From NCBI GenBank assembly GCA_048939595.1, contig JBHLPI010000001.1, positions 16,267 through 80,266 on the forward strand: a stretch of 64,000 bases of DNA, given 5' to 3'. Below the pieces are notes generated by a model. That model did not search any database and was not told the origin of the DNA. It saw nothing but the letters and a program-made list of their open reading frames with translations. This DNA is from Promethearchaeota archaeon. GTDB taxonomy: Archaea > Asgardarchaeota > Hermodarchaeia > Hermodarchaeales > Hermodarchaeaceae. Positions 1-9,271 of the stretch are shown here, piece by piece. Position numbers and translations under genes: made by a program. Position 1 is the first letter of the stretch. Every line of letters starts with the position of its first letter.

Positions 1-237
1 ACAGCGATTCAGATTAGAGGCAGCAACCTTTTCTGGGTCAACTAAGATGATTTTTCCAACTCCCAGTAGTCCAAGATTCTTACACACTTCATTGCCTACA
101 GCCCCAGCTCCAATTATAAGGACTTTTGATTGTTGGATTGTGTCCAAGTTAGTTTTGCCTAACCATCGGCGAGTGCGGTCATGTTGATCTTTTTCAAAGA
201 ATTGGAGACTAACAGGAGTTGGTTTCTTCGTTGTCAT
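1..237 (-). CDS. Ubiquitin-activating E1-like / ThiF-MoeB family protein, 5' part only (runs off the window start). Translation MTTKKPTPVSLQFFEKDQHDRTRRWLGKTNLDTIQQSKVLIIGAGAVGNEVCKNLGLLGVGKIILVDPEKVAASNLNRC.
   Basis: Manual reverse-strand translation gives the classic E1/ThiF Rossmann nucleotide-binding N-terminus (VLIIGAGAVGNEV...ILVDPEKV..SNLNR). The ATG at 237..235 gives the shortest overlap with the upstream JAB gene. This gene was not in the supplied ORF track. Confidence 0.75.
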   Translation of the reverse strand, partial: MTTKKPTPVSLQFFEKDQHDRTRRWLGKTNLDTIQQSKVLIIGAGAVGNEVCKNLGLLGVGKIILVDPEKVAASNLNRC

Positions 238-841
238 GAACTGGTTCCTCCTCATTGGCAGAATCGGCTTCGCTGGAGTGATTGGATTCATCAAGGGGAA
301 CTGAGGGGCGATAGGTACACCACTCAACTTGATCTAGTTGAAGCCCAGGTTCATCGGGGCGTTGGCGAAGCATATACACCTTGAAGACTCGACTAATTGG
401 ATCAATTAGAAAGAAGATGTTTCCTTCTGCACAGAATGGAGTATTAAAGAATGTGTGGAGGTCTGTTGACGAAAAGTGGGGATCTCCTCCAAAGGGGTGA
501 GAATGCCACAACCCAACGACTCGAGGAGAATGAGGATTATTTCCATAACGATCATATAAGGCCAATCGATATTCGAGGATTCCCTCAGGTGTAAACCTTG
601 CATGAGCGATGCTCGCTTCAACTCGCCCTGTCGCCCAATCGGTTACGCGGATATACTTTTGTCCGTTCCATATTCGTCGAAATCCAAGAATGACACCTAA
701 GGCCTCACGTCGTGAGTCTCCAGTCGCTTCCCTAAGGCAGTGATTGAAGATATCTCTGCAAACCCTTTCGAAAATATACACAGAGTACACATGTGGCGAT
801 GAAGGTATTATGTTCGAACCATCATTTTTGGGAGCGGCCAT
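209..841 (-). CDS. JAB/MPN (JAMM) metalloprotease domain protein, deubiquitinase-like
   Basis: The JAMM motif H-x-H-x7-S-x2-D is present as WHSHPFGGDPHFSSTD, with an upstream conserved Glu (IFERVC). It sits immediately upstream of, and overlapping, the E1-like gene on the same strand. Confidence 0.75.
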   Translation of the reverse strand: MAAPKNDGSNIIPSSPHVYSVYIFERVCRDIFNHCLREATGDSRREALGVILGFRRIWNGQKYIRVTDWATGRVEASIAHARFTPEGILEYRLALYDRYGNNPHSPRVVGLWHSHPFGGDPHFSSTDLHTFFNTPFCAEGNIFFLIDPISRVFKVYMLRQRPDEPGLQLDQVEWCTYRPSVPLDESNHSSEADSANEEEPVHDNEETNSC

Positions 842-935
842 TCTTACTTCACACTTTGAAACAATATCTCACACTGTTAAATCCTTGTAATACAAAGCAT
901 CAATCCGTAATTTTTCATATTATAGACTATATGCT

Positions 936-1634
936 TTGAACGAGGGAATATCTCTAAATTCAAGCATAGAAGTCGGGCAATGTCTGGGAGAGAACGAAAC
1001 TTGGCGACTTTTGTATATTCTATCAACTATTTTTGTGCTTTTTTGCTTCATTATCTCAATCGTAATACTTCTTCTCATTAACAATTATATCATTGGTATA
1101 TGGAATTTTATTTCTGTTCGACCCCCTCTAATTGGTCAAAGTATTAGTCAGTTATTAAATGCAACATTCTTTGTCTTTATAATTGGTTCAATTTTCTTTG
1201 GCATCTGGATTAGTCTTATACTAATCAGCGGCGTTTCTCACCCATTTGTAGTACCTAGACCATATCGATGGCTAGGATTAGTAGTAATAGGGATTTGGTT
1301 ATTGATTGGTTTCTGGCTTCGATTGGTCGTATTTTTCCCATTTATGAAGCCCTTTCTTTATTTTACCAGTGAATATTTTCGGTTCACTTGCGATGTCGAT
1401 CCTTATTGTTGTTATCAGCGCATTTACCTGGTATCGATATCTGAAATCCGTTTCGTAAGTAATTTCCATGTTGAGCAAAATTATTTCATAATTCCGTTAA
1501 TAGTTCCGAGCTTCGTTGACCATGGATACCGCTCCATAATATTGTCGAGGAGACGTCTGATTTTTGTAACTTCGGAGGTATCAGAATATACAAGGAAAAC
1601 CACTTGGCCACCGCGACTTCGTTTCATTTTCTGA
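936..1634 (+). CDS. Hypothetical polytopic membrane protein. The 3' boundary is uncertain because the ORF overlaps the convergent helicase gene by about 150 nt.
   Basis: Several hydrophobic helices (FVLFCFIISIVILLLINNYIIGIW, LGLVVIGIWLLIGFWLRLVVFF). No recognisable family. Confidence 0.35.
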   Translation: MNEGISLNSSIEVGQCLGENETWRLLYILSTIFVLFCFIISIVILLLINNYIIGIWNFISVRPPLIGQSISQLLNATFFVFIIGSIFFGIWISLILISGVSHPFVVPRPYRWLGLVVIGIWLLIGFWLRLVVFFPFMKPFLYFTSEYFRFTCDVDPYCCYQRIYLVSISEIRFVSNFHVEQNYFIIPLIVPSFVDHGYRSIILSRRRLIFVTSEVSEYTRKTTWPPRLRFIF

Positions 1635-2959
1635 TAAATTGTTTTAGTCGTATTGACCGTGTCGCAAATGATAAGTAAGTCAGCTTCAGGCAAATCGAGG
1701 TCCCGTTCTCCGACTGGGGAGAGAATAATCGCTGCAGGTGAAGAAGCCTGCTTGAATTCTGCAAGGACCTCCTGTTTGTCATGAGTACGGCCAGTGAGTT
1801 GGAAGGTTCGAATTCCTTTCATTTTAAGAAGCTCATCGATTTCACTGACCACGTTCAAGTAAGAGGAAAGGATGACCGTTTTATTTGCATTTGTGGCTAA
1901 CTCTTGAGCTTTGATAGATTTGGGAGTGATTTTCGGCCAATCTTTCATCATTCGGTCTACGTCAATCTGGGGTTTCAGGGTTGGATGATGCAAATATCGA
2001 CGGAAGCTCTTAGATGCCATTCCATAGAGATATTTGCGAGTCATTAGAAGTCCGCTGTATTGGCGGGCGAGCTCTTCGGGAATGGGGAGTTCATGGAGAA
2101 TTAGATGCAGTGTCCGAGTGGAGTCAGGGAGCTCGCCCAGGGCCCTACCTGATTCCTCTCGAACGATTTGGTAGATTTCTTCTCGTGTTGATTGGATAAG
2201 ATCATCAAGTATGAGAGCCATGGCTCGAATGACTGCATCCTGTACGGGAGCGACATCTAGAATGGTGGGCTGGATATATTGGTCTATATCGGTACCTACC
2301 AATTCGTTCATGCTGATGAGTTCTACATTGGGGAGAAACTCAGCAAGCGTTTGTAGTTCATCCCGAATGTGGAGTTGGGCTTGATCGAAGACCACATGGT
2401 CGTCACGGAGAGTTCCGCTGAGACCCAGAATCCAGTTCTCTTTGAAGAAGTCCAAAAGATATCCCCAGGGTTGGATGAGAATACGGTTGTGTCCCATACG
2501 CCGCAGGATTGTATCGACTTCATTGATTAAGAGTCCTTCAAAATCAGTTGGTTGCAGATTGCCTTTTTTGAGGATATTGGCGAGGACCCGTGGGGTGCAT
2601 AATACGACGCGGGATTCACGGAGCAGTTGTTCACGCCGAGGACCCTGAACACTAGGAGAAACCACACCTAATCCTTCAACACCGCCATATTCTTCTTTGA
2701 GGTATTGCGCAGTTTCTTGGAGAGAAGAAGACGAATTCACCGTTATGATAAATCGAGTGTCAGGAAATTGTTCTGTTATCAGTTTATAAGTTAGAACTCG
2801 TTTTCCCAGTCCACAGTCTAATTCGACCAGTATGTTTTGGCCATGATGTTCCCTAATGCGTCGAAGGATATGTTCTTGGTACTGTCGTGTATCAAAGCGG
2901 GGAGCATCTGAATTGCAATCCGATGCACTGGAAGAGCGCTGTTTTCGTGTCATATTCAT
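1481..2959 (-). CDS. Superfamily 2 DEAD/DEAH-box-like helicase
   Basis: Walker A-like LDCGLGKRVLTY, DExD-like LINEVDTIL, and a C-terminal helicase domain (AAIILSPVGERDLDLPEADLLIICD). Length about 490 aa. Confidence 0.6.
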   Translation of the reverse strand: MNMTRKQRSSSASDCNSDAPRFDTRQYQEHILRRIREHHGQNILVELDCGLGKRVLTYKLITEQFPDTRFIITVNSSSSLQETAQYLKEEYGGVEGLGVVSPSVQGPRREQLLRESRVVLCTPRVLANILKKGNLQPTDFEGLLINEVDTILRRMGHNRILIQPWGYLLDFFKENWILGLSGTLRDDHVVFDQAQLHIRDELQTLAEFLPNVELISMNELVGTDIDQYIQPTILDVAPVQDAVIRAMALILDDLIQSTREEIYQIVREESGRALGELPDSTRTLHLILHELPIPEELARQYSGLLMTRKYLYGMASKSFRRYLHHPTLKPQIDVDRMMKDWPKITPKSIKAQELATNANKTVILSSYLNVVSEIDELLKMKGIRTFQLTGRTHDKQEVLAEFKQASSPAAIILSPVGERDLDLPEADLLIICDTVNTTKTIYQKMKRSRGGQVVFLVYSDTSEVTKIRRLLDNIMERYPWSTKLGTINGIMK

Positions 2960-2977
2960 TTACCATATAACAGCAGA

Positions 2978-3661
2978 CTAGATAAGTTGCACAATTTCTG
3001 CAAATGAGTTGAGAACATGGTTAGCGAAGGGGGCTAAATCGTCAGGTGTTCCGAATCCTGTCAGAACTCCGATTGTTACACACCCTAGACCCTTTGCGGC
3101 TTCTAATTCACTCGCGGAGTCACCGACAACCCAGACCTCCCCTTCTGCTTTCACATCCTGCAATGCTAATTGAATGAGGGCACGTCGTTGCGGTAGATAG
3201 GGAAAAAGTGGGACTCGCTCTTTTCCTTGAGCCTGAGCAAGATCTCCGCGAGTGTAAATTGCTTCGAACCATTTGTAAAGACCGTGTAGTCTCATTTCTT
3301 GTTGGGTTAGCTGAATATCATGGCGCGATGTGACTACTCGCATGTGGTTTGTTCGGGATTGAAGTTGGGTGAGGACCTCAAGTGTGCCTGGAATGACGTA
3401 TGAGAGCTCGGGATGTGAAAAGAAATGTCCTCGGAAATTTGTAAGGTATTGGATGAAGTCTGAATCGGAAAGATGGACATTCAACCTATTGAGGAAATCG
3501 CGGGAATCAAAGGCATATCTGTACAGGTTTCGAATTTGATCTGGAGTTACTGAATACCCAAGGGGGCGAAGAGCTTGAGCATGAGCTTGGATCGCTCGTT
3601 CACGAGTATCAATTAGAGTGCCATCAAGGTCTGAGAGGAAGGCTTTCAACTTCATTATCAT
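2978..3661 (-). CDS. HAD-superfamily hydrolase (paralog 1)
   Basis: HAD motif I DxDGTL (LSDLDGTLID) and a C-terminal VWVVGDS motif. Start placed at ATG 3661 (MIMKLKAF), because the longer ORF overlaps the upstream paralog. Confidence 0.7.
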   Translation of the reverse strand: MIMKLKAFLSDLDGTLIDTRERAIQAHAQALRPLGYSVTPDQIRNLYRYAFDSRDFLNRLNVHLSDSDFIQYLTNFRGHFFSHPELSYVIPGTLEVLTQLQSRTNHMRVVTSRHDIQLTQQEMRLHGLYKWFEAIYTRGDLAQAQGKERVPLFPYLPQRRALIQLALQDVKAEGEVWVVGDSASELEAAKGLGCVTIGVLTGFGTPDDLAPFANHVLNSFAEIVQLI

Positions 3662-3717
3662 TGAAGAGAAGGAGATTGGTGCTATTATAAGCTTGACTGT
3701 CTTTCGGTAACTACAAA

Positions 3718-4407
3718 CTAAAGCAACGACCCTATCTCCGCCACTGAATCGATTATATGAGTACAATAGGGATAAAGGGCCTCAGGATTGATGAAGCCTG
3801 TTAAGACCCCAACTGTCGTGAAGCCAAGACTTTGTGCTACTTGCATTTCATTGGGAAAATCACCAATGACCCACACATCGTCTTTAGCCGTTAAATCAGC
3901 AATTGCTAATTGGATTAATCGTTGCCGATGATCAGCATAGGGATAAAATGGAACTTCGTCAATCCCCTCTTGACGGGCTAGGTCGCCACGGGTAAAGACA
4001 GGACGATCGAAGACCTGATCAAGTCCGAAATGTTGGACTTCGGTTCGGGTTTCCTCAACCCAAGCTCGTGAGGTAATGAGGCGGAGAGCATCGACCTGTG
4101 GACGGATAGATTTCAGGGCTTCAATAACGCCGGGAAACACGTAAGAATGTTGCCACCCTTTGTAAAATTCCTGTTCAATACTGAGGAGGTACTGGATGTA
4201 GTCTTTTTGAGAAAGGCTGACATCTAACTCGTCTAGAAATCGTTCATAATTCATTACGATCTCTATGAATGGTTCGACCTGTTCGAAGCTTATTGTGTAC
4301 CCAAAATTGGCCAGCGCGTTGATTTGTGAATAGAGGAATCGGTCGCGTATATCGATAAGTGTTCCATCTAAATCAGAGACAAGAATTGGCATGCGTTGTA
4401 CTCCCAA
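3718..4407 (-). CDS. HAD-superfamily hydrolase (paralog 2). An alternative start at 4392 gives MPILVSDLDGTL.
   Basis: VSDLDGTLIDIRD motif I and a VWVIGD motif. Same architecture as its downstream neighbour, so this is a tandem duplication. Confidence 0.7.
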   Translation of the reverse strand: MGVQRMPILVSDLDGTLIDIRDRFLYSQINALANFGYTISFEQVEPFIEIVMNYERFLDELDVSLSQKDYIQYLLSIEQEFYKGWQHSYVFPGVIEALKSIRPQVDALRLITSRAWVEETRTEVQHFGLDQVFDRPVFTRGDLARQEGIDEVPFYPYADHRQRLIQLAIADLTAKDDVWVIGDFPNEMQVAQSLGFTTVGVLTGFINPEALYPYCTHIIDSVAEIGSLL

Positions 4408-4488
4408 GTATTTTCAAACCGATTTTTGTGTTTGTTAGAGGTGAATCCTTCTACAAGGTAGTTTTTCTAATATAAACGCACGCCATGA

Positions 4489-5850
4489 TTAGATGGGTGC
4501 TTTGGGGATGAATCCGTTATCCATCAGGGATTGGGTGACATCAATAGAGCGTTTAATGATTTTGGTTGCATGAGCAAGGAGTTCTTGCTCTTCCCATTCT
4601 TTTCGAGCAACCTTCTGTTCAATCGCTTTCATCCCTACAGCAACAGCTTCCGCTGGATAAAGTTCCCACTCATCCATGCTTGGAATTACATAATCCTCAC
4701 GTAAACCTCGTTCTTCTGCGAGGTCAGCAAGCCGTGTGGCCGCCGCAATACACATTTCATCGGTAATTTCCATCGCTCGGACATCAAGGGCTCCACGGAA
4801 AATCGCTGGAAATCCAAGACTATTATTGATCTGGTTATCAAAGTCAGATCGCCCAGTTCCTACTACTTTCGCACCAGCTTCTTTAGCCTCCCAAGGCCAG
4901 ATTTCAGGAAGTGGATTAGCACAAGCAAAGACAATAGCATCCTTTGCCATCTTCTCGACCCATTCTTTCTTAATTAGACCAGGAATGGGGGCAGAAGCAC
5001 TGATACACACATCAGCACCTCGAAGTGCTTCACCAAAGTCCCCAGAGCGTTGTTCTTCGTTGGTGAGGATAGCCAAGTCATACTTCTCATGCTCATCATC
5101 TTTCATTGCTTTCAAATCTTCACGACCTTTGTAAAGAAGTCCATCACGGTCACAGAGGATAAGATTACTCGCCGGCACCCCTGCTTCGATGAGTAACTCA
5201 GCAGTACAAGTGTTCGCGGCTCCAACGCCAAGCATCGCGATCTGTACTTGATCCAAGGATTTCCCAACAAATCGTAGTGCACCCATTAAACCTGCAAGGA
5301 TAATTGTTGCAGTACCCTGCTGATCATCATGAAATACAGGAATTTTCATGTCCGTTTTCAGTCGATGCAAAATGTTGAAACATTTGGGCTTTGAAATATC
5401 TTCAAGGTTAATACCACCAAAGGCGGGTTCAAGGAGCTTGGTTGCCCGAATGAAGTTCTCAGGATCCTGAGTGTTAAGAGCAATGGGTACAGCATCAACC
5501 CCCCCAAGATACTTGAAAATCAAAGACTTCCCTTCCATCACTGGAAGCGACGCTTCGGGACCGATGTTTCCGAGTCCGAGAACGCGGCTGCCATCAGTGA
5601 CTACAGCGATCATGTTAGCTTTGTTGGTGTGGTCCCAGACTTTTTCGGGATTGGCTTCAATGTCACGGCAGGGAGCTGCAACGCCGGGAGTATACCAGAT
5701 GGCGAAATCGTCAAATCCCCGGATGGTGCATTTGGGGATGGTTTGGATTTTTCCTCTATAATAGGGGTGGAGTTGCATGGCTTCTTTAGCCGGTTGTTTG
5801 GCTTTTTCGAGGAGTTCTTCTTTGGTGGGTGGTCGTCCAGCTTGGGTCAT
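4489..5850 (-). CDS. NAD(P)-dependent malic enzyme (malate dehydrogenase, decarboxylating)
   Basis: Full-length match to the malic enzyme fold: AIWYTPGVAAPC, VVTDGSRVLGLGNIGP, and a Rossmann GVGAANTCTAELL segment. Confidence 0.9.
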   Translation of the reverse strand: MTQAGRPPTKEELLEKAKQPAKEAMQLHPYYRGKIQTIPKCTIRGFDDFAIWYTPGVAAPCRDIEANPEKVWDHTNKANMIAVVTDGSRVLGLGNIGPEASLPVMEGKSLIFKYLGGVDAVPIALNTQDPENFIRATKLLEPAFGGINLEDISKPKCFNILHRLKTDMKIPVFHDDQQGTATIILAGLMGALRFVGKSLDQVQIAMLGVGAANTCTAELLIEAGVPASNLILCDRDGLLYKGREDLKAMKDDEHEKYDLAILTNEEQRSGDFGEALRGADVCISASAPIPGLIKKEWVEKMAKDAIVFACANPLPEIWPWEAKEAGAKVVGTGRSDFDNQINNSLGFPAIFRGALDVRAMEITDEMCIAAATRLADLAEERGLREDYVIPSMDEWELYPAEAVAVGMKAIEQKVARKEWEEQELLAHATKIIKRSIDVTQSLMDNGFIPKAPI

Positions 5851-5998
5851 ATATGTGCATCTCGATGAAGTAATTCCCCTCCAGTTGGGGCTTGAACGGT
5901 TCGATGAGTCAGTTAAGTGTATTTCTCTTCTTCGAGATTATTGAATGCCTAAAATTAAGAAGTTTGACTTACGACTAATTTTTATGGATTTGGTGATA

Positions 5999-6586
5999 TC
6001 AGATCGCTTGGGAAATAGGCGATTCAGGTCTTGCAGTCGTAATCCGTAACCACATGAGATTCGCTATATTTTCAAAGACTTCAGAGACATTGAGACCTAT
6101 CTTAGAACTTGTTTCAAGATACCCGACGAGATTATTGAGTTTCGCATAGTCGTGAGCCATGTCACTGTTATTGTTTCCAACATCCCGTTTGGTGCCAACT
6201 AAGAGAATGGGTATATCATCTGTGTTGTTGCGAACCAGGTTGAGCCACTCATCAAGATGATAGAATGTTGGGGGACGAGCTAAGTCAAAGGCTAGGATAC
6301 AACCTAATGCACCTCGACAATAGCTGGGTAAGAGAAAACGGAAGCGCTCCTCACCCGCGAAATCCCATATGGTCAGAGTGACAAGGACACCTTCCATTTC
6401 AATATCTCGTGTCGCGAATCCGGAACCAACAGTCATTCGTTGATCCAGATAATTCCCTGTAAGGTAGCGGTGAATTAACGTGGTTTTTCCGACGCCCCCA
6501 TCCCCAACGACAATCATTTTCAAAACTGCTTTTCGGGGTAGGCTAGCGTCACCGGTTGATATCCATCCGACCGGACTTGGTTGCAC
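5999..6586 (-). CDS. Ras-superfamily small GTPase (Rab/Ras-like; Asgard-type eukaryotic signature protein)
   Basis: G1 GDGGVGKTTL, G3 WDFAGEE and G4 TKRD, all in canonical spacing. There is a roughly 25-aa N-terminal leader before G1 and no C-terminal prenylation cysteine. Confidence 0.85.
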   Translation of the reverse strand: MQPSPVGWISTGDASLPRKAVLKMIVVGDGGVGKTTLIHRYLTGNYLDQRMTVGSGFATRDIEMEGVLVTLTIWDFAGEERFRFLLPSYCRGALGCILAFDLARPPTFYHLDEWLNLVRNNTDDIPILLVGTKRDVGNNNSDMAHDYAKLNNLVGYLETSSKIGLNVSEVFENIANLMWLRITTARPESPISQAI

Positions 6587-6782
6587 ATCTTCTACCCCGC
6601 TAATATTCTTTGGAAGACTGTAGTGCCTTATCCTGCTGGTTCATGTCCCCATCGTTCCTCAAAGATGAGGGGGACCACTTACACAAGTACAGATAAATGC
6701 CGGATTGGTCCTTCTTAAAGCCTGTTTCATTGGAGAGCGGCGTGGAACTTTTTTTGCGATTTTCTGTATCTTCCACATAGTG

Positions 6783-7574
6783 TTACTCTTGTGCAATCCG
6801 ATTAGCAATCAGAGCAGCAATCGCCCCTGCTCCAACTCCATTATCAATGTTCACGACCGCTAACCCAAGCGAACAAGATTGCAGCATAGAAATCAGAGCG
6901 CCAAGCCCTTCTCCACCTAACCCATAACCTGTTGAGATAGGAAGCCCAATGACAGGGATATCAACCAGCCCCGTTACTAAAGAGGGTAAAGCGCCTTCCA
7001 TTCCAGCTGCAATAACAAGGACATCAATGCCTTGTTCAACCATCTCTTCAAGTTCTGGGAAAAGCCGATGAACCCCCGCGACCCCGACATCATATGTTGT
7101 AGAAACTTGACATCCCATTTGTTCAGCCATTACACGTGCAGCCTCTGCAACCCGCCGATCAGAGGTTCCAGCTGCAATGATACCAACCTTACCGCCTGTT
7201 TGCTGAGGTTGATAATCTTGTGTGTGGATGAGCGCTATCTCTCCTTCACCAAAGACCTCAAAAACCAAATCAGAGCCATAAGTTTCCTTTATCGCTCGCT
7301 GCTGCTCTTGGTTTATTTTACTTAAAATTATCACAGGCTTGGCCCCAATCCCAGCCGTGATAATTTTCGTAAGTTCGGTTATTGATTTGTTCTTAGCAAA
7401 AATTACTTCAGGTATTCCTTTTCGAACTTCCCGGTGAACATCTAGCTTTGCTAGTTTGGCGACCTCCACAATGTTGAAAATGCGGAGTTTTGTTTCTGCT
7501 TCTTCGATAGTACACTCGCCTTGTGCGACTTTTTTAAGGAGATCACGAAGCTCGCTCATTGCGGCTATCACCAA
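6783..7574 (-). CDS. larB: LarB, pyridinium-3,5-biscarboxylic acid mononucleotide synthase (PurE-like NPN cofactor biosynthesis)
   Basis: C-terminal PurE/NCAIR-mutase-like domain (GIIAAGTSDRRVAEAARV...VLVIAAGMEGALPSLVTGLVDIPVIGLPIS) plus a LarB-type N-terminal domain. It is clustered with larC and larE. Confidence 0.8.
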   Translation of the reverse strand: MVIAAMSELRDLLKKVAQGECTIEEAETKLRIFNIVEVAKLAKLDVHREVRKGIPEVIFAKNKSITELTKIITAGIGAKPVIILSKINQEQQRAIKETYGSDLVFEVFGEGEIALIHTQDYQPQQTGGKVGIIAAGTSDRRVAEAARVMAEQMGCQVSTTYDVGVAGVHRLFPELEEMVEQGIDVLVIAAGMEGALPSLVTGLVDIPVIGLPISTGYGLGGEGLGALISMLQSCSLGLAVVNIDNGVGAGAIAALIANRIAQE

Positions 7575-7637
7575 TTTCTCATAGACAGACCGAGCATATT
7601 AAAGCTTGAAGAATTGACAACTTAGTGGGAAATATAC

Positions 7638-8444
7638 GTGCTTGATTCTCAGATTCTAGTCATCGACCCCCAACTTGCCGGGATTGCAGGCGATATGTTT
7701 GTTGCGGCGCTACTGGATTTAGGAGCCAATGCAGAGGCGGTAATCAAGGCCATGGAAGCAGCCGTGGACTACGTTCCAAATTGTCGAAAGGTATCTGTAA
7801 CACCACAGCCAATCACACGCAGTCATATTGGCGGACTGTTCCTCGATATTCAAATAGATGAATCATATTCAACTCGCCCAGGTAAAATCCTCCTAAAAGC
7901 CGTTACATCGCTGACAAAGGATCTGAAACTTTCTCAACCCGCAAAAGCGTATGCGATTCGAGCGATTTACACCCTTATTGGAGCTGAAGCAAGTGTGCAC
8001 CAGCACACAGTAGAAGAAGTTCATCTTCACGCCGCAGGCTCTGTCGATACAGTTCTTGACATCATTGGAGCCGCTGTAGCACTAGAGAGTCTCGGAATAG
8101 TGAGTTCTAAAACTACGAAATATTTCACACTACCAATCGCTGTAGGCGGTGGAACCTTTCCCAGTGGGCATGGACGCTTAGCAGCACCAGGTCCAGCAGT
8201 AATGAACATTCTAACTGAAAATAATCTTGCCTTCAAAGGAGGACCACATCTCTGTGAAATGGCTACACCCACCGGAGTCTCCTTACTCGCTGCACTAAAG
8301 CCAATATCAACCCAGGTATATCCTGAACTCTACCCCCAAGCGGTAGGATATGGCGCTGGGACAGGAGAGATACCTGGGACTCCGAACCTACTTCGACTTG
8401 TGTTAGGAAAACCCAAAAAACCAACCAACAACGAGGAGGTCTAG
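7638..8444 (+). CDS. larC: LarC-family (DUF111) nickel-insertion protein, short N-terminal-domain-only form (268 aa)
   Basis: N-terminal DUF111 signature LVIDPQLAGIAGDMFVAALLDLGA. At 268 aa it is about 130 aa shorter than full-length LarC, so the CTP-binding C-terminal domain is absent. Confidence 0.7.
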   Translation: MLDSQILVIDPQLAGIAGDMFVAALLDLGANAEAVIKAMEAAVDYVPNCRKVSVTPQPITRSHIGGLFLDIQIDESYSTRPGKILLKAVTSLTKDLKLSQPAKAYAIRAIYTLIGAEASVHQHTVEEVHLHAAGSVDTVLDIIGAAVALESLGIVSSKTTKYFTLPIAVGGGTFPSGHGRLAAPGPAVMNILTENNLAFKGGPHLCEMATPTGVSLLAALKPISTQVYPELYPQAVGYGAGTGEIPGTPNLLRLVLGKPKKPTNNEEV

Positions 8445-8491
8445 CCACTATTCCAGCCAGTAAAAAGTCTCTACAACAAAAACGCAGCCAA

Positions 8492-9271
8492 GTGATTGAA
8501 CACCTTAAGGAATTAAGGAGTGTATTAGTGGCTTTGTCAGGTGGCGTAGATAGTGCAGTTATGGCAGCACTTGCCTATGAAGCATTGCAAGATAAAGCAG
8601 TTGCAGCGACTTTCGATTCACCCTTGATGATACCCGAAGAAGTTGAAGATGCACGACAAGTGGCGAAAACCATTGGAATTCGCCATCATGTGCAAACCTT
8701 GAATGAATTGGAAAAGGCGTCCATTGTTCCAAATCCCGTTGATCGCTGTTACCATTGCAAACTCCTTCGATTCCGTGAAGCTCAGGTCCTAGCAGTCAAA
8801 CTAGGATTAAATGTGGTCGTTGATGGTACCACGGCAAGTGATCTCGGTGAACACCGACCGGGACTGAAAGCAATACGTGAATTGGGAATCATTAGCCCCC
8901 TACTTGATGCAGGCATTACTAAAACGGAATCCCGACAGCTTGCAAGGGAGTTAGCACTCCTTGTAGCTAATAAGCCATCGAATAGTTGTCTAGCTACACG
9001 AATACCGTATGGTGAAACCCTCACAGAGGAACGACTTGCACGGATTGCAGCAGCTGAAAAAGCGATTCGGGAAATAGCAGATGTGGGTTTCATTCGAGTC
9101 CGTGATCATGGGCATTTAGCCCGGATTGAGGTTCCATCCGATAAAATCCAGATACTTCTTCGAAAACCAATATCAGACCAGATTATCAAGCAATTAAAAG
9201 CCTTTGGTTACGAGTTCGTTACGATCGATTTGAAAGGTTACCGTTTCGGGAGTTTTGACGAACCATCATAA
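8492..9271 (+). CDS. larE: LarE-type ATP-dependent sulfur transferase (PP-loop ATP pyrophosphatase)
   Basis: PP-loop SGGVDSAV and a conserved Cys in SNSCLATRIPYGE, where LarE carries its sacrificial cysteine. Confidence 0.8.
   Translation: MIEHLKELRSVLVALSGGVDSAVMAALAYEALQDKAVAATFDSPLMIPEEVEDARQVAKTIGIRHHVQTLNELEKASIVPNPVDRCYHCKLLRFREAQVLAVKLGLNVVVDGTTASDLGEHRPGLKAIRELGIISPLLDAGITKTESRQLARELALLVANKPSNSCLATRIPYGETLTEERLARIAAAEKAIREIADVGFIRVRDHGHLARIEVPSDKIQILLRKPISDQIIKQLKAFGYEFVTIDLKGYRFGSFDEPS

Noticed and set aside
181-384. 67-aa plus-strand ORF
   Set aside because: It lies entirely within the overlap of the E1-like and JAB genes on the opposite strand and has no features, so it is probably spurious.
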